Both the position numbers and the translations under genes were made by a program. The notes beneath the pieces are model-generated. The model saw nothing but the letters and a program-made list of their open reading frames with translations. It did not search any database and was not told the DNA's origin. Shown here piece by piece: positions 26,981 to 40,700 of a stretch of DNA of 64,000 nt (its first letter is position 1; each line of letters begins with the position of its first letter). Location: positions 5,084,001 through 5,148,000 of the forward strand of contig JAWMAR010000065.1 of the NCBI GenBank assembly GCA_036785375.1. The letters are read 5' to 3'. Source of the DNA: Leucoraja ocellata (taxonomy: Eukaryota).

Positions 26981-27700
26981 GAAAAGGACACAAAGTGCTG
27001 AAGTTACGGGCCTGTCCCACTTAGGCCATTTTTCGCCGACTGTCATAGTCGTAGCAGGTCGACTTGACCCCCCTACGACAATGTCTAAAACAACCTACCA
27101 CCTAGTCGACATCCAGCTACGGCAAGCAACCGACAACCGACGACCCATTAGGACGTCCACCTACGACCGCTCCTACGACAACCTACATACATTACAAGCT
27201 ACAACAAGGTAAGACAATTCAGTCACCGGTAGACGTAGGTAGTCGGCAATGGAATTCACCGAGGTCAGCACCAGCAATAACCTACGTCACATGGCGACAA
27301 CCTATGACAAGCCAACTGTCACCGGCTGTCACCCAAAAGTTTTGAACATTTCAAAATCCAACAGTGATCAGAAAAACGCTACGTTTCATTGGCCGATTGA
27401 GGAGACCATACAGGCGACATCCCGGCAATCATGTAGTGACAGCCTAGTTGCCTGTAGTCGCCTAAAAAAAAAAAAATCACCTAAGTGGGACAGGTCCATA
27501 ACTCAGCAGGCCAGACAGCATCTCAGGCGAACATGGATAGGTGATGCTTTGGGTCAGGACCCTTCTTCAGATCGATCAAGGGTCCAGACTTGAAATATCA
27601 CCTACCCATGAACTCTAGAGATGCTGACTGACCCACTGAGTTACTCTAGCACTTTGTGCGCTTTTGTGCAAGTCAGTATCTGCAGTTCCTTGTTTCTACA
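26981..27700. repeat. Penelope-derived fold-back repeat (host of the MITE)
   Basis: Left arm gacacaaagtgctg|taactcagcagg...ccttcttcag and right arm aagggtcc...gagttactctagcactttgtg are mutually inverted. Confidence 0.75.
27007..27498. mobile_element. Harbinger/PIF-like MITE, complete, inserted in a Penelope-derived repeat
   Basis: TIRs gggcctgtcccacttagg / cctaagtgggacaggtcc, flanked by TTA and TAA; internal CGAC(A/T)-rich subrepeats; splits the host motif gtgctg(g)ag|taactcagc. Confidence 0.85.
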
Positions 27701-30700
27701 ACTGAGTGGAGGAGTCAGCGTCAGCATATTCTACAATGGGGTTTCTGAAAATCTTCCAATTTGAAGAAATAAAAATCTCCTCAAAGCATTTCCCAAAGCC
27801 CAGGTTATATTCATCCCAAAGAACCAGTACTTAGTGCTTTTTGGGAACATTTAGAAACCGCTGCTTTAGGATATGCTGGGTCCTGAAAATTGACACACAC
27901 AGGAGAACGCCTCGTATCTTTAATGCTCAGCAGCCAGCGTATTGATTGTGTAGTTATTTCTGCACATGCATTGACAATCGGTTATCAGTAGAGTCCATTT
28001 TCTGGCATTCTCACGTCAATCATCAGATTGAAGGTACAAGCTCCAGTCCAGACATTAGCAATCCAGAGCGGTGCTGCTGAAGTGTTCCACAATTGTGGGG
28101 TTAATCCATTGGAGAAGATACACAGTGAATATTAAGAATTGGATGCAATCACGAGACAGCTGGGACTTTATCCCACTGCCACACAACATTCTTGCACCAA
28201 CCAATCGCCATAGCTTCTCCTCCCCCCACCCAACCAAAAAAAAACTAAGCAGTGGTACGCAAGCACTCCAATGGTGGGATTTTGCTATGTGAAGTGGATG
28301 CTAGATTTGCCTATGTAACAATAGGCAGTGCACATAAATAGCAATTTTTTTTGGAAGCATTTCTCATAGATGTGAAAAGGTACAAAATAAAATATGTCCA
28401 TCAGTTAACTATAACCGGCCGCTCAAAGTCTGGAATCAAATACTTTGGCCAATGGAAATTAACATTGCAACAAAAAAGATGTTTAAAACAAAATTATTTA
28501 TAAAATGTCAATATCACTTTAGACAACACAACAGTTATATTAACTAACCAAAGCATCCAATGAGACGCACGCATAATTAGAATTTCAACGACTGACACAC
28601 ATTGCTACCGAGCACAGCCACCTCCCAATTTTACCCAAATTATGATCCAGATAGAGTGCGAAGGTTAACAAAGTTATCATAGTATCGGCAAAGAGAAGGG
28701 AGTGGTGGAGGTGCAAGAATTTCAAGTCGTCAAACTGACAGTAGCCATGCTTTTGTAATGCGTCATCTTGTCACTAGTAATTACAATGGTGGAAAGGCAA
28801 AGCAGCCCGGGGCTTGCGCAGCCCTGAATACCCGATTTTGTTCCTCAAGAGCCCCAGGGTGTTTTCCCTTTAAGGTGTTATATAAATGCTAGGTGGTGTG
28901 CTACACACGGAGTTTTAAATTGGGCAATATCGTCAGAGTATTTAACGTAATCAAATAAAGGCCTAGAGGTGAAAGAATACTTGTCCTGCCCAACTGTACC
29001 ACCCAGTTATATAAAAACTGCATTCCACATCGCACACAATTAAAAGTTAAAAAACATTGAAGCCATTTCGCTTTAGAAATCATGCTAATACATTTGATAA
29101 AGAATGTGGTATTTTGGATACAATAATGAAGAGGCAAGAAATCCATCACTGTTCATCAGTGCAAAGCCGATGGACATCATCACAAAGATAATCGATCACT
29201 TTAATCCAGAGGCTGGACTCAGGGAAAAACAGCTTTCAAATATACAAACTGCACATAAATTCACTAAGGGGGAAACCAGAGAAAAATATAGAACCAAATG
29301 ATTGGAGTATGATTTCAGTACAATTAACCTACAATTTAGATAACTAGCATGAAGACAACAGTTGTTATGAACTCCCAGTCCAACCTTGCACACTCTCTAC
29401 TAAAGCATTAATTGCCACATTTAGAGTGTTTTTAAATGGTCCATATAATATTCATATTACATGAATATGCAATTAAAATCCCTTCCAATTCAGATGGTTA
29501 TTTAAAATAACTGAAAATGTTTATGTCCTCTCGCAAGCTCAAATGCTTGAAACTTCATCTCTGCTATTGACATGCCACACAGGTAGAAATGGGTTAATTT
29601 AGATGGGAATTAAATGTGTTTTATAACAGTGACAGCCTTTAACCCATTCTTCCGTTCAGGAAAGTTCAGAGATTGTGATCTTCTATATGAGTAAAACAAA
29701 AGTTGATTTATGATGTCCATGTGGATTGATAAGAGAAAAAGCACTAGCCCATTTGCCTCGAGTTCTTGTTTACAGCAACCATGCCCTTACAAAGCTTGGG
29801 GTTTGTGTTTTTATCACAATGTCACCATGCACATCTCACATACTAATCCCTGCTTAATGTCACCATATGCAAGCACGACCCCACCTTCCTGACATCCAAG
29901 AAAACAAACAAATCTTTAACCCTCGTTACTAACAAAAACAAGATTCCAAACCAGCTAAAATTACGGTTCCCACTGCATGCTGATTATACTAAAAGACAAC
30001 AGAAATTACAAACAATTTGCTGAATACTTATCACCACTTCCCAATTTAAAGGCATAGTTCAACGAAATTAAGCCAAGGGGTATAACAAAAATAGAAACAA
30101 ATACATTCCTGCATATGACCAGCATCAATTGTGCACTTACTGTGAATACAATGAACAAAATAGCGTTAGAAAGAGATGACTCAAGAAAGGAATTATGCGG
30201 ATTAGATCCAATCTAACATAGGACAGCAATCAAAATATACCAAAATGTGTTGCAAGAATTGCAAATGTAAAATGGTTCTAAAAATTGTATATTAGATTGG
30301 CATGGTACAGCATACACCCAAAAAGTTGCTGTTATTGCCAATCCCTGTAGTTCTACAGCTGGACCATGTAGAATAACACCCATGGCCACCATTATAGAAA
30401 CATAGAAAATAGGTACAGGTGTAGGCCATTCGAGCCAGCACTGCCATTCAATATGATCACTATTTGAAAGTGAGAGGGCAAAACCACCAAATTTAAGGTG
30501 ATTTTAAAAACAAGCATACAGTGGTGTTCCCATTCCAAACTGTTAATCACAGTGTAATTTTCACCACTGCACCACAGACAAGATCTTCAAAATAAAGACC
30601 ATATCTTCAAAACTTTGTGAGCTAGGGTCTGCAGCACGCGGTGCAATTTAAGAGAAACAGGGAAACTGATACAAAAGCTTGATCAACATCAAGTGGGCAT

Positions 30701-32525
30701 CTTAACTAGACAGTGTGAGTGTAGTCAGTTTTAAAAGAAAGAATGCTGCAACAGAATAGAGAATTGATTAAGTATGACATAAATAAAGAAGGCACGATAT
30801 GAACAATAGAATACAAGAGCTCAAAAATAAAACCTCTCTATTTGACCTTCACAAAAGGAAAAAAAAACTAAGCAGGTGAGAATGCCATTTAAATGAGGAC
30901 AAGAAACAGAAAATGCAGCAAGAATGACTATGTGCTGAATTCTTTTAATGGCCTGCAATTTGGACAGTGTTTTTTCTCGCCAAAATAATTCAATTAGTCC
31001 TAATGCCATTATCTTTTGTGCCTTAGTAACCTGCAAAATCTAAAAAAAAAAGGCCACACACCTTGACATTCACAACAGGGTACATCTTGCAGGTAACTCT
31101 GTATTGTATGAAAAATTCCACGATATTTATTAATACAATGGAAGGAGGTCACTACAGACAATTAACATTAGCTGTGACTGTGCCACCATTCAAACAAAGC
31201 CCTCAAATGAACCTATTTTACCCTGCAAATTCCTGTATAGTAATTGAATCCTTAACTGTTTTCTTAAGGATTGGAGTTTAAAGAAGAACATCCATTTGTA
31301 CAGAATAGCCGCACAGAACAAGATAAGGCCAAATGAGTACTATGGACAAGAACCACACACATGGATAGCTCAAGACTATAATTAAGCCCCCCCCCCCCCT
31401 CCAAAAAACGCTCTTTCAGAAATAAGCATTTGAATCCTCTATTCCTTTTCTTCCAACAGGCAGCCACTGGCAAGACTGCACTAATTATTCTAACATTAAC
31501 AGCAATTCCAAGTACTATTCAAACACCTTTTGTTCCCTGCACAGTCTTTTGCCAGCCTGAAATTCCTGCCCGCGAAAGTGCCGAGAAGCTATTTACCGAC
31601 ACCCCCCCCCCCCTACATTTCAGAATGCAACTGGCAAATTTAGCTTCCTCTGCCTATTTTATTCATTTCCCAGTGGTCCAATTGAAATTTTAAGGAAAAC
31701 ATGTCCAGGCTTTCCTTCCCAGAGCACCAGTGTAGCCCAAGGCAATCCCCGTGGAGGCTGGACACATAAGCTCCCCCCTCCCCCTTCTACCACCCTACTC
31801 CAAGGAATCAGACACTGTCACAGAAACAGACCCTCTGCCACCACCCCGAACCCCTCCCCCAGTGGGCCTCTTTAGCCTCAGTAGTAATCCAGGTGTCCAT
31901 TCAACAGTTTTGCAGACAGGTTTAATTTGAAAATTCCACGCATTTTCTTCATCCATGTGTTTCATTACTTTCTGGTTTTCAAAAATCTTCTACTTTTCCT
32001 GACTCTTTCCAGCATGCAGTGGAATGATAGCAAATTAAAGACATTGTTTCCCCGCCTGCCTCCTCTCCACCCCCCAGCCGTGCAATTTGTTTTTCCTGTG
32101 CTTATTTTACAGCTGCTTTCCGGCATTTTAAACTCAGCAGGCCACTGTTGTATTAAGCCCAGGTTGCTATAGAATTTATTGATAAACATTAATTGCCACA
32201 GTACACGAGTTACGACCCAACTGTGCTCTGTCAAATTTACGTTACTCTCTTTAATAGTTCCAAACCTGAACTAGTGGGCTCTGCACATACAAGTCAATAT
32301 GGCCAATGGATTTAAGATCATTGCAGATCCATTCAAGGCACCCCTTGGTATTTACCACATTTTATTTCCAGAACTCGTCAGCTTCCTTGGTGCTTTGGCA
32401 TTTTTCTACTCTAGTGTCGTGCACAACTCCTCACTCCCTACAAACTCGTGCTCTTTACAAAGATACCAAATGTGTCAGTCATTGGTGTCCCAAGCTCTGA
32501 AACACACATACAGTCATAGAATCAA

Positions 32526-32950
32526 CAGACACAAAAGGCTGGAGTAACTCTTATGGGTCAGGCAGCATCTCTGGAGAAAAGGAATAGGTGATGTTTTGGA
32601 TCAAAATCCTTCTATAGATAGAATCAACTGCACAGAAACAGGCCCTTCAACTCAACTTGACCATGCTGACCAAGATGTCCCATCTAAGCTATTTCCCATT
32701 TGACTGTATTTGGCCCATATCTCTCTAAACCTTTCTTATCTATGTACCTGTCCAAGCAGTATGACCAAACCTGAACACAGAACTCCAAATACAGTCTTAG
32801 CAACATCTTGTACCACTGCAACATAATGTTTCACTTTGCATTCTCAATATCCTTCCTGATGAAGGCTAGTGTACCAAAGACCATCTTTGTTGTCCTATTT
32901 ACCCGAGGTTTACCTTTCAGGGAACTCTGTTCGAAATATCGTGCCCAACC
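32526..32950 (-). mobile_element. Penelope-terminus repeat followed by a CR1-type 3' fragment
   Basis: agacacaaaaggctggagtaactc...ccttcta, then acagaaacaggcccttc... and a decayed CR1-like body. Confidence 0.6.
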
Positions 32951-33409
32951 ACATTACCCTCTACTTTTAAACGCCGCAGACAATCCCACTTGGGCCATAT
33001 TAGGAAAGATTTGGAGGGATATGGGCCAAACACAGGCAAATGGGACTAGAGTATGTTGGTGAGCACGAGTCAGTTGAGCTGAAGGGCATGATTCCACACT
33101 TTTTGACTCTTCCTTCCCTTCCTGCCTGTTGTCTGCTCCTCCCTAAGTCCTACAAGAGAGGAGCAGCAGAAAACTGTAACGGTTGTAAATGATCAACTTA
33201 AAGTTCAATTTAACTTTTCAGAAATAGATTGCATACAGCACACCCTAATTGATGAAAATAAAAACTATTTATTATATACTTCAAATACTATTGTACTTCA
33301 CCCTGCACAGCTTCCATCATGTTTTGATTGGACTAAACTAATACCCTTGGATAGAAACTTAGGTTAAAGATATTACTTTGGCTGTACAATACGTTTTATT
33401 TACAATTTG

Positions 33410-33708
33410 GCAGGTGATGCAGTGGTAGAGTTGCTGCCTTCCATCACCAGAGATTTGGGTTTGATCCTCACTACGGACACTGCCTGTAAGGTGTGTGTAC
33501 ATTCTCCCTGTGACCTGCATGGGTTTTCTCCAGTAGCTCCGGTTTTCTCCCACATTCCAAAGACGTACAGGTTTGTAGGATAATTGGCTTCGGTAAAATT
33601 GTAAATTATCCCTCGCATCTAAGATAGTGCTAGTGTACAGGGGTCACTGGTTAGAGCGGACTCGATGGGCTGAAGGGCCTGTTTCCGCGCTGTATCTCGA
33701 AATGAAAC
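33410..33708 (+). mobile_element. V-SINE (HE1-like tRNA-derived SINE)
   Basis: A-box gcagtggtagag, B-box-like gggtttgatcc, V-domain ttctccctgtgacctgcatgggttttctcc...ctcccacattccaaagacg, CR1-like tail gggctgaagggcctgtttccgcgctgtatctc. Confidence 0.85.
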
Positions 33709-35410
33709 TTGGTAACAATATGGCATAAGACTTGCTAATAGTAGCAAGATCTGGCAGGTCAACCTCCCACAAAAATCAGTTCCTTATTACTTTCTGAACA
33801 TGTTTTCACAACCATTTTCAATAACTGATTATTTTGGACACCAGAAATATTTTACCCAAAATAGAGATTCAAACAAAAATGTTAATTCACTTGATTAACT
33901 GCATCCACTGAATGAATGGCTTCATTACAGCTTTTAACTTGAATGTTTGGAGTGTCTCTCAAAGCCTGAGGTTGAACTTTGTATTTTTGCCCAGAGCCAC
34001 AAGTGAACAGTTTACAATGTGTTCTGAAAGCTTCAGTCTAATAATTTCCTCAGATTTTAATAGCACTGGGAAGACAGGTTTTAGTGAAAGGATGTTTCTC
34101 TTCTCCACCTAGCACCTTCTCAAACCGTTCTGAATAACAAAAAAAAGTATTTGAGGGTCTTATTTTTTGACAGAGGCTATTGCATAATTTGTTAACAGTA
34201 AACATTAAAGTTATGCAGAGGTGGACAGAAAAACACAAACATGCATTTTCTAATATTCCACAACATTAGCTGAACTACAAAGCCAATTAGTTTGCTTCAA
34301 GATGCAAACAGGAGAGAGAAGTAACTATAAAAAGACAGAATAAGCTGAGCATACTGAGAAAAGCAATGAAGATATCAGCAACAAGAGGCCATACTCATCC
34401 ATTGATAATGTTGAAGGAACAGGCCATGTGGAAAATCACAAACTGAGTCACACACACACAAATTAAAAGTTACATTTTACCATGCAGATAAGTCAAATTC
34501 AGAATTGTCTTGCTATTTTTTGATAGTGGGAATTCAAATTATTATTATAGTGAAGCTTGTATCAGACAAAAAAAGCACCCGAATCACTGAAAAGTCAGTT
34601 AAGCAATAACAAGATGCTCATTTTAATTAATCCCAGACTCTGGAACAGCTTTGGCTCTTCTGTTCTTTGGCTTCTGAATGGTTCACGCACAAGCTAGGGG
34701 TTCAGTTCTACCCCAAAAACAGACATTGGCCATGGAACTGATGTGCTACAATGCCGAGAACTATATTCTGCGCTCAGTGTCTTTCCTTTTGTTCTACCTA
34801 TTGTAGTGGAGTTTGACTTTATTGTATTTATGTTCAAAGGTACATATCACAATAATAAAACTAAACCAATGTGGCCACAGAACTTATTATCTTATGAAAA
34901 GTAACATTAGCCAGAAAGCCCACTCCTGACAATTTCATAGCAATTCCCACAAGAATGAAGCACGGTCTCCAAATGAGAACAGGATCGCCCCCTGCCAAGC
35001 ATTCTTTGTTTGTTGAATAGCACTCTCAGATTTATTGTCAAGGCTCAAGTATAAATGCGTAAACTTTTACTCCAGGTTTGTGGGTTCCGAGGTAGCTAAT
35101 GAGACCAATTTGGAAACCACAAACGTTTCCACAAGGATAGGCACTGACTACAAGGCTGGTGGTTTATGATGTGGTCTGCTTGGCCCACAACTGAAGCAGG
35201 CCTTCTTTGTGCTCCCAATACCATCCCAAATTCTCCTTTTCTACTTTAAGCAATATTAGGCTAGAGATTCCCAGGATTCAGTGGAGAGATTCCATTTTTT
35301 CAAGGATGCTTTCTGCACACCCGTGAATCTTTTTGCCTGGCTGCTGTTAATCTCATATGGGCTCAGTACTGAAGCTTACCGAAAAAGCTGACCAGGTGCA
35401 AAGAATGTGC

Positions 35411-35605
35411 AGAAACAAGGAAACCCAGATGCTGGTTTATAAAGAAGGATACAAAGTGCTGCAGTAACTCAGCAGGTCAGGCAACATCCCTGGAGAAATG
35501 TCACGGTTAGGTGATATTTCCATCCCCGATTCGAAATGTCACCTAGTCATGTTCTCCAGGGATGGCGACCTGCAGAGTTACTCCAGCACTTCATGCCCTT
35601 CTTTT
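35411..35605. repeat. Penelope-derived fold-back repeat
   Basis: aagtgctgcagtaactcagcaggtcaggcaacatccctggaga ... tctccagggatggcgacctgcagagttactccagcactt inverted arms. Confidence 0.7.
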
Positions 35606-35883
35606 AATTGCAATCAGGGCCTCAGTTTTGGGTATGCTGTCCCGCAAGAAGCCTATTGGTGTTGGTTTGCTTAGCCTTCCATTACATTTGGAGGATTCTG
35701 CAGAGAAAGTATTCATGGATTTTTTCCAATGTTTTGCCCGCTGTTGGTCAGCCAGGTCTCACAAGTATGGAGAAGCAAGAAGATAAACAGACAGGGTTGT
35801 ATCAAAGCAGATCAGCCCCATGATAAGTTTCCACCTGCAGTAAATATGGAAGGAGATAACTGGAGAGTATAGCAGATAAGCCA

Positions 35884-35977
35884 AGTCTGAAGAAGGGTCT
35901 CGACCCGAAACGTCACCCATTCCTTCTCTCCAGAGATGCTGCCTGCCCGCTGAGTTACTCCAGCATTCTGTATCTAC
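35884..35977 (+). ncRNA. Penelope-terminus repeat with consensus minimal hammerhead ribozyme core
   Basis: CTGAAGA(35887-93)-a-GGGTC-tc-GACCC-GAAA(35907-10)-C-GTC: both catalytic boxes, complementary stem II, GUC triplet, vestigial stem III as in PLE minimal hammerheads; stem I only ~2 bp. Confidence 0.7.
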
Positions 35978-36691
35978 GATAAGCCCAATTAATGAACTCA
36001 CCATATAAAGGCTTTCCCCAATTACAACCCCAAAAATAACAGAACTAATGGCAGTGTTGTCCAATCTGGAGGTCCTGAAAAGCAGTCATGTTTGGCTTTT
36101 AGTTCCTATCTATCACATTCTCCCATTTCAATTATTCACCTGGGGCTTTGGAACGGCTGATTTTGGTGCTGATGTCTCATTAGTGAACAAGTCATCAAGA
36201 TTGACTTGTACCAGCACACCAAGGAGCACAAATTAAAACAGATTTCATGGTACGCACCTATGTGCCACACGCAAACAGATACCTATTCACCCAGGCCATG
36301 TAGGGACCTGCGTACCCAGGGGGAATCTGTCATTTCTAGCTCAAGTATGCAGTTACATAAACAACCTACATAATTATAAATGTCCATGCAGCACTTTCTG
36401 CTCAACTTATTCAACTGGATTGTCAGCTTACAAATAGTTTTATACAAACTGATTTTCTCAGCATGCATGACTCCATTATAGGCCGAGACCCTTCAGGTGA
36501 TGTGCATATCTGTTGGACCTTCCACGACCACAGTAAGTTACAAAGCATCTTTAAAATATTTTAAGTGTTGTACTGTTGCAATCTTGAATGTTGCTAGTGT
36601 AGATATACTGCCATTCTACTCCCTCAATCAATAATAGATTTCCCCCCAAAACTGCTCTCCAGTACTATTGCTCTGTTGGGAGAGAACATGT

Positions 36692-37176
36692 ATAGAGAAT
36701 AGATGCAGGGGTAGGCCATTCTGCCCCTCAAGCCTGCACCGCCATTCACTGTGATCATCCACAATCAGTACCCCGTTCCTGCCTGCTCCCCATATCCCTG
36801 GACTCCACTATCTTTAAGAGCTCTAACTAACTCTCACTTGAAAGCATCCAGAGAATTGGCCTCCACTGCCTTCTGGTGCAGAGAATTCTACAGATTCACA
36901 ACTCTGGGTGAAAAAGTTTTTCCTCATCTCCGTTCTAAATGGCCTACACCTTACTCTTAAACTGTGGCCCCTGGTTCTGGACTCCCTCCACATTGGAAAC
37001 ATGTTTCTTGCCTCTAGTGTGTCAATTCCTTAATAATCTTACATGTTTCAATAAGATACCCTCTCATCCTTCTAAATTCCAGTGCATACAAGCCCAGACG
37101 CTCTATTCTATCAACATATGACAGTCCCGCCATACCGGGAATTAACCTCGTGAAACTACGCTGTACTCCTTCAATA
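36692..37176 (-). mobile_element. CR1 LINE 3' fragment
   Basis: IEGVQRSFTRLIPGMAGLSYVDRIERLGLYALEFRRMRGYLIETCKII (CR1 ORF2 C-terminus) plus 3'UTR ending gaatggcctacccctgcatctatt. Confidence 0.92.
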
Positions 37177-37602
37177 ATAGAAACAAATGCCCAAATTTGC
37201 TCCAGAGCTGACTGCCGACTGGAATTCAGCAACTCACATCTGAAACTACAGAACAAGCTCATTGAGCCATCTGTGGGCACATTTTCCCACAAAGGGTTCA
37301 GCTAGTTTTACAGCCAAGTTTAATACTAAGTCAAGAGGAATTGATTTTACCCATGCAAAATAGGAACTTCCTTCCTTTTAATCCATTCCCCACCCAAAAG
37401 CAAACAAACATCAGTACCACCCACCATCGCTCTACCACTGCCAGTCAGACTGACTGCATAATGATGATGTCTCCACCATCAGTGCTTTGATTCAGCTGAG
37501 TGAGGTGGAGGAAGAAAGAGAAAAGGTGAGGGAAGAGCCAGTGCCACCCACAACTTTCCTTTCTACATTATACTGAACACCTACATTAAGGTACAGCTAG
37601 GT

Positions 37603-37746
37603 GGGGCTCTTAAAGATAGCGGAGTCAGGGGACATGGGGAGAAGGCAGGAACGGGGTACTGATTGGGGATGATCAGCCACGATCACATTGAATGGTGGTG
37701 CTGGCTCAAAGGGCCGAATGGCCTACTCCTGCACCTATTGTCTATT
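37603..37746 (+). mobile_element. CR1 3'UTR fragment
   Basis: gggagaaggcaggaacggggtactgatt...gggccgaatggcctactcctgcacctattgtctat; same family as 36692-37176, opposite strand. Confidence 0.85.
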
Positions 37747-40700
37747 AAGAGTTATTATTCATCTGCGGAAGCATAAGTGAGGAGCACAGATTTAGACATT
37801 TCCAATTGGTTGATCGAGTCTTAGATTTTATATTAGTCTTAGGCATTTCCACTTATTTTTTGTTAAAGTTACTTTTTAAAATAAGGAGAAACAAGTGGTT
37901 GAACCCAATGAACTGAATCAGGGTATGTTTTGTGAGCAATATTAGAATATTCACCAAAAGGCAACTCCTTTCAAAACTAGTGCAACAACCCAGAACCCAA
38001 CAATCCAAACCCCCACCTTTCAAACTAGTGCAACCCAGAACCTCCCCAACCCCCCCCCCACCCCCCCTCCCAGCTCCATACACACAATGATTAGACGCAA
38101 GCACAAAAAAATCCTTGTGCTCAAATTCAGTTTGTAAATATTTACTGCATGAAGTTTTCCATTTGTTGATCTCGGCTGAGAAACCTCACCACAATCTACA
38201 TCTGCATTTCATTGACTAAATTTACCACATGTTGAGATGGGAGCGGTCTCAATTCCATTTGAATCACTACACAAATATGCAAGTGATTTATTGTTTTTTT
38301 TTTAAATATCAAGCTGGTTTGGTTGGACTGCCCCTTCTTGTGCAAATTACTCCTGGTCTGGTAGGCCGTGAACAATCAGTACAGACTAATTAGACTTTGT
38401 AAACGTACCCTACCCTGCTAATGCCTTCACAATCCAAAAACCAAAATGCCAAGACATTTGCTAAAACTGCTCATATACTGACACATCAGACACATAGAAA
38501 GAGCCTGATGTGGTGTTAAAGAACCCATTCAGTGCCATAAACCCCCTGGAGATAGCAATTAGGGACAATTAACGTGCAACCATAGTACTAGATGGAAGAC
38601 ATTTACAAAATCTCACACACACCTGGGAGCTCGGCATTAACCAACTCTTTGCCATATACAATTAAAACCCTGTGTAAACACACTTAATCCAAATTACAAT
38701 CCTTCATGTGTTCAGAGGGTTAACTTTGCAAAATGAAAACAGCCAACTACAAATAAGAAACACTGCAAGTAAATAATGAAACCTGGCTAATCCTCACACA
38801 TTTCTAATCCCCCAGTTTTTTTTTGGCACTAAACCCCACTCCCCCATCATCTCCTTGGGTCATAGGGTACAAGGCCAGTGTGACATCACGTATTTCAACA
38901 TTCATAAATGACACATGCTGTAAATAATCCCTGCAGATTTACGGCACTGTTGCAATTGCTGGCGAAGGATTTGGGGTGGCATATTTCTTTCTGACGGCTT
39001 GTCAAGGTGCAAATTTGGCAGCACAGTAGCTGTGTAGTCAGACTGCGAACTTCTAACTTGCTAATTCAGCTTTAAGCGGAAAACAAACAGCATTTCTCCA
39101 ACACTCCAAGCAAGCTACTGGCTCCACTGCCGCAAAGCTCTACATGCGAGTGTTAAACATGGGTTGCAAAAACCGAAGAACCAGCCGCTGAAGAAAAGTT
39201 TTACAGGGCAGCTGGAAAATCTCCTCCAACTTCACTCATGTTCGCACAAATCGCTGCAGCTGTCACTCCCATGCACAAAATGCTAAACACGCGTTCTCAG
39301 CCAGTTTTGCAGCACTTCAATTCACTTCTATGACCCACAACCACTATTTTCTTTCAATTATGGGCACAAAATATAGCTATACAAATTCAAAATATAAAAA
39401 CACAGGTTTTGGAAATATACACATGATAATCACAGTTGCTTCTACGATTGTCGAAAAGGGTAGTGTCCTTATAACCATGCAGACTGGAATCATACACAAC
39501 AATTTTTTATTTTTTTTAAATAGCATCCATTAAAATAGGTTCTATTTTGAAAACAGAAGCTGAAGAATATCTTTACTGTACAAAGAATGGCTGACAAGGA
39601 CAAAGTGCAACATATACTCTCACAATAATCATTAATATATTTTCCTGTCAGGATGCAGTGATAAAAAAGACACATTTGTGGATCACTTCTACAACATTTA
39701 ACCTCAAACGCACAGGAGCTACAATTTATCTGCACCTGATCAATATTGCTTCAGTTTTAATTCAGCCTGCCTGTGTTGCACTTCCAAAGGTATGCAACAC
39801 CGCAGACCAGTTATTTCTAATTCCCTTGTTTATTTTGAAATATCCTCAGCGAACTAGTGTAGATTACAATCCAATAATATACATTATATAATTTATTCTG
39901 AAGAGAAAGTTAAATTAGTAATTAAAGTCATCTATAAAAGCTTCTGAAAGATTAGCAACAAATGTATCACAATGAAACAACATGTCTCTGATCTAACTTT
40001 GTAATCAAACACCAGTGTAAGTGATGAAAAGTCTCTGAAAAAGGTGGCTGACTGGATCTCTGCAAATACAGTTAAGATTATTAGAAAATTACATGAACTG
40101 CTAGTAATGTATAACGAATCTCAAACGAAGATCAATAATTCCTGGTCAACTCTATATTACAAGTACTTTGTTGCTCTCAGTTATAACATGAACTATGCAA
40201 TGATAAATCATTTTGCATCGTAAATGAAAAAATATCACAACAAAAAATAGCCATACAATTTTGAGGAATAGATATTATTCAGTTTCCTATCTTTTAGGCC
40301 GCAGTCTCACGCGGAAAATACATAACCTCAATTGAAACCTCGCACTGCGATATATCAACTTTACAAAACTAATTACATTGTAGTAATTTCTCATTTAGTT
40401 CCTTCCAATACAACCCCCTCCCACCACCACCGTACAAATGTACCGACAATTCCAGAACTAAACATTTTTAATTGTCACTACTTGCTGGCCTACAGCAGTG
40501 ATGCAAGCTAATACATAATTCAAATGAAACCGAATGCATAACGACCTACAATCTAAGTACATAAGGAAATTTCAGACAAAGGTCTACAGTGCTTCTACAC
40601 TTGATGCACTACAGTAGACGATGGTCTACAGAATGTGCGCTAATTTTACAAAAATCTCCATGTGCCTCTGCATGTGGGCTCAAACATTAATCTTCAAAAA

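Noticed and set aside
37967-38042. Short imperfect tandem duplication (cctttcaaactagtgcaacccagaacc twice)
   Set aside because: Ordinary local slippage duplication with no further structure.
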